Source: Fimbriosthenelais zetlandica (Eukaryota). From it: a stretch of DNA of 64,000 nt. The stretch spans positions 15,376,001-15,440,000 of the forward strand of contig OZ365118.1 of assembly GCA_977030845.1 (NCBI GenBank). Reading direction: 5' to 3'. The notes beneath the pieces are model-generated. The model had not been told where the DNA came from. It was given only the letters and a program-made list of their open reading frames with translations, and did not search any database. Positions 21,710-29,092 of the stretch are shown here, one piece after another; the first letter of the stretch is position 1; every line of letters starts with the position of its first letter. A program made the position numbers and the translations under genes.

Positions 21710-23833
21710 ATGGAGGAAGACGCGGACCATGGCGTTGAGGCCGAAGTGGTCCTTAGTGAAAATGCAAGACGCGCGCTGCGCCGCGCTAGTAATCGAGCAG
21801 CAGATGAAGTCGGCATAGCCAAGGCACGATACGTTGCTCGAAAGCAAGAAATACTAGAAGCGGTGCAAGGTCATACGCCTCGGCATCCTCCCTCTGGAGG
21901 AAGGGCCGCCCCGGGTCATTTCCGGGATGACACAGACGTGTTCCTTGCGGAAGTTGAGCAGTTCGAAGAAAGCCTGGAGGCTGAACAAATAAGATACGGA
22001 GAAGAAGAAGACGACTCGGACGGGGAAGGGAGGTCGCACTACAGCATAGCGGATGATGAGGCTGCTTCCTTTGATGGGAGGATAGCCCCCGACCAGACCC
22101 CGGTGGGTGGCGATCTAGTGACCGTCCGCCCGCGAAGGTTGGAAGGTACGCTCCGCGAAGTGCCCCCCGGTTCCGGATGGGACGACCGAAGAGTGGTGTC
22201 AAGTACCCGTACGGGTGAGTTGGGTGACGAAGATCAGACGGATTCCGAGGAACGTGATGCAGTTCCCCGGAGGTACCGCGAAGGTCCGGGGGTGCGGTTT
22301 GCACCCAGTCCTGCGGCTGCGGGACCCCGAAGAATCGATCACCCAACTCCTGTCGTCCACGGGGAGGTGAGTCCTGTGGGCTCGCCATACCCGCGGCGGG
22401 AAAGACGCCCCAGTGGTCCCATACGTCCGGCAGCAACTCCGAGAAGGGATATCCCGGATCCGAGACCCGATGGTCACGTTCCGGGAATATGCCCGGAAGA
22501 GAGAAGAGCCTCTGCGCAGGCGCGAGATAGGCCGTTTACGAGTCCGGTGGTAATGGCCCCGGATTTGGCCCCGCGGTTGCTGACGGAGGATGCTATCTCC
22601 CGAAGTCCTTCGGAAGTTCCATCTCCAGGCATGTCCGGCGGACATGTAACCCCTTCTGTCTACACCACGGGCGTATCTCGGGAAGAAGTTGTATCGCCCC
22701 CGGCAGCCCCGGGATCGGTCTGTCGAACGGCGGGGATATCGGCGTTCGATTTGGACTTATCTCCGGAGCGGCCGCGGGGGAAAGGTAAATCGGCTTTGGA
22801 TTTGTCTCCCTGCGAAACGGGAGAGCAGGAACGAAGAGAAAGAGAAAGACAAGACCAGCCCCGGGGCCCGCGGGCTCTCCGGGAGTTACGGAGGGCAGGT
22901 GCAAATTCCGCAGGTGCGGAACGAGGATTGCCCCCGCGGCCACCCCCTTTTCCTGTGTGGGACGAATCCAAAGAGACGTGGGAAGATTACGAGTTGCGGA
23001 TTAATAGCTACTTAGCCAGGGGCACCCTGAGCGATGCAGAATTGAAAGACTACTTGACCGGCGGTCTGGGACGCCATCCCCAGATCGTCGCGGCTTTGGA
23101 CTTTTCCAAACCAGTAGAAGAGTTGTTGGAGTTATGTCGAACTTACTTCAGCGACCTGACGGAGCTGGATTTGCGCTTGCAGTTAGAAGCCTGTCGGCAG
23201 ACGAAAGACCAGTCCGTGAAACAGTTTGGGAGGGAATTTGCTGCTAAGGTGGATCGTGTCCACCGTCCCATGGATGAGAAGACTCGGGACCAAATGATCC
23301 ATCAGTTCACGATGGGTCTCCTTGACCGGAAGGTCGCGGATTATGTCCGCATGGCGGAACCGAGATCTATCTGGTCGGCTGTAACCTTGGCTTGTAAGGC
23401 GGAGGCATCGCGGAAAGCTTGGCAGTATAGGCAGGCTAAGGCGGCTGCGTACGCTCTTGCCCTGGAAACTGCCGAGCCATGGGACAATATGGGCGACTAC
23501 GGCGAAGAGGCGGGAGCAACGTTGGCGGCTGTTGACGTGGCGAAACGACCTCGACCGGACCGTCCTAAACCTAAGACATCTGGCGGACACGATAAATCGG
23601 CTGCCGCGCCCCGTCCGGCCGGACGCGGGCGTGGAGGTGCAAAGTCCAAACGCCGGACACCAGGGTGCTGGTGTTGTGGGGATCCCGGGCATTTCATGGC
23701 GGATTGCCCATCCCGGACCTCCATACCAAAAGAGATGATCGCTATGTTGCGAGAACAGATGGCAGGGGTTTTCCAGGAGGCTAGGGGAGAGAAGCCGGAA
23801 AACGCCCCGGGCTCCCTAACAGAAGCGGTTTAG
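21710..23833 (+). CDS. gag: Gag polyprotein, 707 aa: long acidic/Pro-Arg-rich N-terminal extension, capsid domain, CCHC zinc knuckle
   Basis: First ATG at 21710 in strong context (aagATGG); the track start 21689 is a TTG. MHR-like RQTKDQSVKQFGREF; CWCCGDPGHFMADC (Cx2Cx4Hx4C) at 23666-23707; TAG at 23831-23833. Confidence 0.92.
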   Translation: MEEDADHGVEAEVVLSENARRALRRASNRAADEVGIAKARYVARKQEILEAVQGHTPRHPPSGGRAAPGHFRDDTDVFLAEVEQFEESLEAEQIRYGEEEDDSDGEGRSHYSIADDEAASFDGRIAPDQTPVGGDLVTVRPRRLEGTLREVPPGSGWDDRRVVSSTRTGELGDEDQTDSEERDAVPRRYREGPGVRFAPSPAAAGPRRIDHPTPVVHGEVSPVGSPYPRRERRPSGPIRPAATPRRDIPDPRPDGHVPGICPEERRASAQARDRPFTSPVVMAPDLAPRLLTEDAISRSPSEVPSPGMSGGHVTPSVYTTGVSREEVVSPPAAPGSVCRTAGISAFDLDLSPERPRGKGKSALDLSPCETGEQERRERERQDQPRGPRALRELRRAGANSAGAERGLPPRPPPFPVWDESKETWEDYELRINSYLARGTLSDAELKDYLTGGLGRHPQIVAALDFSKPVEELLELCRTYFSDLTELDLRLQLEACRQTKDQSVKQFGREFAAKVDRVHRPMDEKTRDQMIHQFTMGLLDRKVADYVRMAEPRSIWSAVTLACKAEASRKAWQYRQAKAAAYALALETAEPWDNMGDYGEEAGATLAAVDVAKRPRPDRPKPKTSGGHDKSAAAPRPAGRGRGGAKSKRRTPGCWCCGDPGHFMADCPSRTSIPKEMIAMLREQMAGVFQEARGEKPENAPGSLTEAV

Positions 23834-26800
23834 GAGAGCCGGAGCCGGGCCGGGGGTTGGCGGGATTACCCGTAAACCCGGGCCCGGGAACGCTTCAACA
23901 ACCATCGGCAGCACGAAGTAACTCGGCGTCGGTAGTAGGGACTTCCGCGGAGGCGCGGGCGCCCGCTCAAGTTCAGAAGACCTCTGTACGGCCGCGGGCG
24001 GAGCCCGAAGTTGTGTCTATCACGGACGGTGGTACCCGGAACGCGCCCGCGAGGCGTCATGAACCTCGCGTGGGGAATGAAGTGATCACTGGAGAGGCGC
24101 CCCGACTGGTTTCCGTAACGTCCGAGTACGGAGCGGAACCGGTGCGGATAGCGATAATAGACCCAACCGACGTAAGCCGACATACTTTACGACTCCCTAG
24201 CCAGAAGGCTATGGTGAAGGACCGATGGTATGTTACCGTAGAAGTTAACCAGCAGGGAGCAGAGTTGTTATTGGACACAGGGGCTACTACTTCGCTTGTG
24301 TCTAAAGAATTCTACGACTCCTTGCGCCGCCCACCCCCTGTGCAGCCAACGCACACGGAGGTTATGGTCGCGGATGGGGACACGCTGCGGACGGAAGGCA
24401 TTGGCTGCTTTCCTTTTCGGATCGGTGGACACGTATTTGTAATGCCATGTTTGGTGGTTTCCGGACTGATCGACGGAGAAGAGGGCATTCTGGGAGCTGA
24501 TTTTTATCACGTCCACCGATGCTGCTTGGACTGGTCGGGACGACTTACACTCGGGAATGGGGAGGTGACAGTGGCGTGTCATGCCCGGAGGGCTGCGGCG
24601 AAGGCCCGGCTTTCCGAGGACGTGACCCTGGGCGCCTACCGAGCTGTGCTTTGTAAGGTTACGATCCCGCGGGATAACCCGCGCGGGTTGTTGTACATCC
24701 CGGACCATGAGAATTTGGCGGAATTGACAGTGGGGAGCCTCAGCACGTATGTAGCCGGAGAAGATAAAGAACCCCGTGTCATTCTGTCTAACCCCACGCC
24801 ATTGCCGATCCGACTGCAGCGAGAGACGCCGGTCGGAGATCTTCACGTGGTGGAGGTTACGGATGAGGACTTGATGTGCCCGGATTTGGTAGTACCCCCC
24901 GCAGATGAATGTCCGCTGGAGAAGGCGGTCAAGGAATCGCACATCAAGAATATCGGTCAGAAAGAACGGGCACTGGCACTATTACGAGAGTATTCCGGGT
25001 GTTTCGCGATGCCCGGAGACGAGTTGGGACAGACCGATCGGGTGAAGCATCGGATTACCTTAAAGAATCCGGACCCGATTCGGCAGCCTTACAGACGGCT
25101 TCCGGTTTCCCGGAGGGAAATATGTGAGGCGGAAATACAGAAGATGTTGGACAAAGGAGTGATCGAACCCAGTGAGAGCTCGTGGAGTTCCCCCATTGTC
25201 ATGGTCAAGAAGAAGGACGGATCGATGCGGTTCTGCGTAGACTATAGACGGCTGAACCAGGCAACCCAGACGGACAGTTACCCCCTGCCGCGAATTGACG
25301 AAGCGCTTGATGCGTTAGGCGGGAACCAGTGGTTCTGCTCGTTGGACTTGGAAAGCGGTTACTGGCAGATAGCGATGGAAGAAGAAAGTAAAGATAAGAC
25401 TGCGTTCATCAGCAGTCTTGGGTTATTTCAGTTCAAAGTTATGAGCTTTGGCCTGTGTAACGCGCCTGCAACGTTCGAGAGAATGATGGAGACGATGTTG
25501 TCGGGCTTAAGATGGAAGAAGTGTCTCGTTTACATCGATGATGTGATCGTGTACGGAAAGACGTTTGGGGATCTTCTGGATAATCTCCGGGAAGTTCTCG
25601 AGCGGGTCAGAAGCTATGGATTGAAGTTGAAACCTAAAAAATGTAAAATGTTCCGCCGTCGGGTGGAATATCTAGGCCGGATAGTTTCCGGAGCCGGGAT
25701 TGAGCCGGATCCCGCAAAGATACGGGCAGTGCAGTATTGGCCTCGCCCGGAGACCACGAAGGAAGTGAGGAGCTTCCTCGGGTTCACATCATACTACCGA
25801 GAATTCGTCCCACAGTTTGCAACTGTGGCGGGTCCGCTCCAGGAGTCGGTGGTGCTGGCAATGAAGAAGAGTGGAGGTCGTGCCTCCCGAGTCGAATGGA
25901 CTCCGGAGTGCGAGGTGGCCTTCCGCGAATTGAAGAGTTTGCTGGTCCGGGCCCCGGTTTTGGGTTACGCGAATTCTACGGGGACGTTCATTCTCGACAC
26001 AGACGCAAGCAACATCGGCATGGCCGGCGTGTTGTCCCAGATGCAGGACGGCCATGAACGGGTGCTGTGTTATGCAAGTAATTCCTTAAGTGGAAGCCAA
26101 AGAAACTACTGCACGACGAAGAAAGAGCTTCTTGCGATAGTGACCTATCTGCGGAAGTTCCGCCACTACTTGTTGGGGTGTGAAGATTTCTTCGTTCGTA
26201 CCGACCACGCTTCGCTGAAGTGGTTGGTGAACTTTAAAGAACCTCAAGATTTGTTGGCACGATGGCTGACGACCATACAAGAATACGGGATTAGTTCGGG
26301 CTTAATCCGGCATCGGGCAGGCGCCAAACATCAGAACGCGGATGCCCTGTCGAGGTTGGTAAAGAAGAAATGCCCGCGCCCGGGTTGTCAGCAATGTCAG
26401 CAGGCAGTAGGACCACCAGTCGTAGCCTCCCTAGCTGTGCTAGAGGATGAGGGGCGTATGCCGGGGGCGCAGAAGAACGACCCGGACATTTCCCGGATCA
26501 TCCGGCTGAAGCAGTCGGGTGCGGATGTTCCTTCGCGTGAGAAGTTGCGCGGAGAATCCGCGGAATATCAGACCCTTGCGGGAATGTATGACGATCTGGA
26601 AGTTGGAGAGGACGGTATTCTGCGTGCTAAGTGGCACAGAAAGGCCACCGGTTATACAAGATGGAGGATAGTCGTTCCCTACGCGCTCCGTGAGGAGATC
26701 TTCCGGGCCCTTCACGGGTCCCGGATTTGCGGACATTTCGGGAACTTCAAGTCGGTGTGGAAAATCAAACTGCGGTTTTACTGGCCCGGATTGAAGAGGG

Positions 26801-28254
26801 ACGTGGAACGATGGGTGAAAGCATGCCCGGAGTGTGCTATGCGGAAGTCTCGTGCTGGTGGGGGTCTAGCCCCCTTGAAGAAAGAGATTCACGGCACATC
26901 CTTTTCGCGGATCTCGTTGGATATCATCGGTCCGTTTTCCACAACCCCGCGTGGGAAGACTTGTGTTCTTGTCATTACGGACTTCTTCACGAAGTGGGTT
27001 GAGGCTATCCCGCTGCCAGACCATAAGGCAGAGACCGTGGCGCACGCCCTATTCTACGAATGGATTCTGAAGTACGGCCCACCTGTTTCCTTGCAGACGG
27101 ACGGTGCTCCAGAGTTCCGGGGTCATCTACTCACCGAACTATGTGAATTAATGGGCATGGAAAAGTTGTTGACGTTGCCTTACCGGCCCGTAAGTAATGG
27201 CCAGGTGGAACGTTTTAACAGAGTGCTCGTAGAGCAGCTTTCCTGCATCATTAACTATGACCAGAACCATTGGGACTTGTTGGTGCCATGTATTGCGAGC
27301 GCGTACCGAGGTACGGTTCACGCCAGTACAATGGTTACTCCGAATAGTGCACTATTCGGCTCGGAAGTAATCACTCCGGCGGATCTCCTTTACGGGGTTT
27401 ACCCGGGAATGTTGGATTTTCCGTGTCGGACGGTGTACGTTGAAGAAGTGAAGAAGCAGTTACGGAATGGCCATCGGTTCATCCGTGAACAGCTCGGGAA
27501 GTCCGCCGTGCATCAGAAACGATACTTCGATGCCCGGTCTCGCCCGCGGGAATACCCGCCGGGGACGGTGGTGTACAAGTATGACAACGTAAGGGCCAAG
27601 CACAAATATGATAGAAAATGGGACGGCCCATTCGTGGTCGTTCGAAATTACGGAGGGACAACTTACGAACTTCGCTCCGAGAGCGGTCTCCTACGATGTC
27701 ATGTGGACTACTTGAAGCCAGCGTTCGGGAAGGACGGGGCCGTGCAGACTGTGAATCTGCATGCAGCGCCGGAATATAGAGCTCAACAAGCGAAGGGGGT
27801 TGAATATGTTACGACGGATTTGATGGGTCGAACTATTCGCGGGAAAGACGCGCCGGAGCCAGCGGAACCCCGTGAGAGGGTGGTTCGCCGGCGTGGAAGG
27901 AAGAAGCGGCGCTCTGTCCCCCCGCAGAGCAGGGCGAGAACGAAGCTCCGCCCGAATCCGGACCCGGATTTCGTGGTTCCCACATCTGTTACGGATGTCC
28001 GGAAACCCGCGAACCGTGTCACCAGGGCTACGACGGCCCGTAAAAAGGCCGTGGAACGAGATGTAGGAGGTACAGATGTGCCTCGCGTTGAAGTTGAGCC
28101 GCGGACGAGAGTCGCGGGAAAACGCAGCATCCGGGCCCCGGAGAGGTTTGGGAATCTCGCCCCGGAACGTGAGAAGGGAAGGAAGAAACGTGTGACGAAA
28201 ACGCCTATACGACCGTTGCACGGTAAATATAAACAAACACAACGAGAAGTCTAA
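23785..28254 (+). CDS. pol: Pol polyprotein (aspartic protease, RT, RNase H, DDE integrase with GPY/F motif), -1 frame relative to gag
   Basis: LLDTGA at ~24274; YIDD 25531-25542; DTDAS 25996-26010; HHCC (HGSRICGH...CPEC); catalytic D 26920, D 27100, E 27208 (D-x35-E); WDGPF. The frame opens after TAG at 23782-23784, overlaps the gag end and has no ATG before the protease region. No chromodomain is evident. Confidence 0.97.
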   Translation, partial: GREAGKRPGLPNRSGLGEPEPGRGLAGLPVNPGPGTLQQPSAARSNSASVVGTSAEARAPAQVQKTSVRPRAEPEVVSITDGGTRNAPARRHEPRVGNEVITGEAPRLVSVTSEYGAEPVRIAIIDPTDVSRHTLRLPSQKAMVKDRWYVTVEVNQQGAELLLDTGATTSLVSKEFYDSLRRPPPVQPTHTEVMVADGDTLRTEGIGCFPFRIGGHVFVMPCLVVSGLIDGEEGILGADFYHVHRCCLDWSGRLTLGNGEVTVACHARRAAAKARLSEDVTLGAYRAVLCKVTIPRDNPRGLLYIPDHENLAELTVGSLSTYVAGEDKEPRVILSNPTPLPIRLQRETPVGDLHVVEVTDEDLMCPDLVVPPADECPLEKAVKESHIKNIGQKERALALLREYSGCFAMPGDELGQTDRVKHRITLKNPDPIRQPYRRLPVSRREICEAEIQKMLDKGVIEPSESSWSSPIVMVKKKDGSMRFCVDYRRLNQATQTDSYPLPRIDEALDALGGNQWFCSLDLESGYWQIAMEEESKDKTAFISSLGLFQFKVMSFGLCNAPATFERMMETMLSGLRWKKCLVYIDDVIVYGKTFGDLLDNLREVLERVRSYGLKLKPKKCKMFRRRVEYLGRIVSGAGIEPDPAKIRAVQYWPRPETTKEVRSFLGFTSYYREFVPQFATVAGPLQESVVLAMKKSGGRASRVEWTPECEVAFRELKSLLVRAPVLGYANSTGTFILDTDASNIGMAGVLSQMQDGHERVLCYASNSLSGSQRNYCTTKKELLAIVTYLRKFRHYLLGCEDFFVRTDHASLKWLVNFKEPQDLLARWLTTIQEYGISSGLIRHRAGAKHQNADALSRLVKKKCPRPGCQQCQQAVGPPVVASLAVLEDEGRMPGAQKNDPDISRIIRLKQSGADVPSREKLRGESAEYQTLAGMYDDLEVGEDGILRAKWHRKATGYTRWRIVVPYALREEIFRALHGSRICGHFGNFKSVWKIKLRFYWPGLKRDVERWVKACPECAMRKSRAGGGLAPLKKEIHGTSFSRISLDIIGPFSTTPRGKTCVLVITDFFTKWVEAIPLPDHKAETVAHALFYEWILKYGPPVSLQTDGAPEFRGHLLTELCELMGMEKLLTLPYRPVSNGQVERFNRVLVEQLSCIINYDQNHWDLLVPCIASAYRGTVHASTMVTPNSALFGSEVITPADLLYGVYPGMLDFPCRTVYVEEVKKQLRNGHRFIREQLGKSAVHQKRYFDARSRPREYPPGTVVYKYDNVRAKHKYDRKWDGPFVVVRNYGGTTYELRSESGLLRCHVDYLKPAFGKDGAVQTVNLHAAPEYRAQQAKGVEYVTTDLMGRTIRGKDAPEPAEPRERVVRRRGRKKRRSVPPQSRARTKLRPNPDPDFVVPTSVTDVRKPANRVTRATTARKKAVERDVGGTDVPRVEVEPRTRVAGKRSIRAPERFGNLAPEREKGRKKRVTKTPIRPLHGKYKQTQREV
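23797..23840 (+). promoter_or_regulatory. Predicted -1 programmed ribosomal frameshift signal (G_GAA_AAC + stem-loop)
   Basis: Heptamer 23797-23803 is in gag phase inside the 49-nt gag/pol overlap, followed by a 6-nt spacer and a 10-bp stem with one bulge (GGCTC-CCTAA / TTAGG-A-GAGCC, 23810-23840). Confidence 0.65.
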
Positions 28255-28590
28255 CCCTCGGACTCCCAGTAGTCTTAAGTGCGGGTCCGGGAGTTGGCTT
28301 TATCCCAGTGGATTCCGTGCAGGCTACATCCCGTGTAGGGGTATTTTCCGAGTCAAGTCGGTGGTGACACGTCGTGAAGACGATAGCCCGTGGATACCGC
28401 GGGTAATCAGTCCCTAAGCCGGGTTTTCGAAGAAGGAAGTTCCCTCCACGTTGTTCCGGAATATGAGCGAGGTGCTGTGCTGTATTCCGTCACCTTTGCG
28501 GGAAAAGAGTCCTGCCGGCCGGGGAGTGCTAGGATCGCTGGTTCGGGTTCTGGCCGTGTCTCCGGGGACGTTCCGAGGCGCTCGGGAGGC

Positions 28591-28776
28591 TGACGTCAGT
28601 CTCTGACCTAGATTAGGCTCCTTCGCTTCCTCTGGCCTCGACCTACATTCCATCTCATCAATATTCATGGCGCATGAATCACGTGAAAAGTAGTCCCTGC
28701 AGAAGCAAGACGGGGATTGGATGAATGAAGTCACGTGCCCGAAAGTAGATCGGCTTGCGCCATCAGCCCTATAAGA
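28591..28776 (+). promoter_or_regulatory. Candidate internal promoter upstream of ORF3
   Basis: TGACGTCA 28591-28598, TCACGTGA 28679-28686, ATTGG 28716-28720, GTCACGTG 28730-28737, TATAAGA 28770-28776. Confidence 0.5.
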
Positions 28777-29092
28777 GGGCCTGCATCCCCAGTCTCGTTC
28801 CCCTTTGTCATCAGTGGTTCCTCGGATGGAGGAACCTGGGCTACGCTGAAGGCGGGAAGAGTTCCCGCGCTCGCGCAGCGTAAACAAGTCACGAGGTTGG
28901 CTTGGTCATCTAAGACTCCGCTGCTAGATTGCATCTAGTAAGAGCAAATCTCGACACAACTTACCCCCACTACAGCAGTAGAAGAGAGTAACTTGAATTC
29001 TCGTCGTTCTGTGATATCGTGGAAGGAAGGAAGTTTGCGAAGTTCCTGATTGTGACATCTCACACGTTACGGATTCTTCTCCGGATTCCGTC

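Noticed and set aside
21786-28242. Several 100-224 aa antisense or alternate-frame ORFs over gag/pol
   Set aside because: Typical shadows of GC-rich coding sequence; no motifs.
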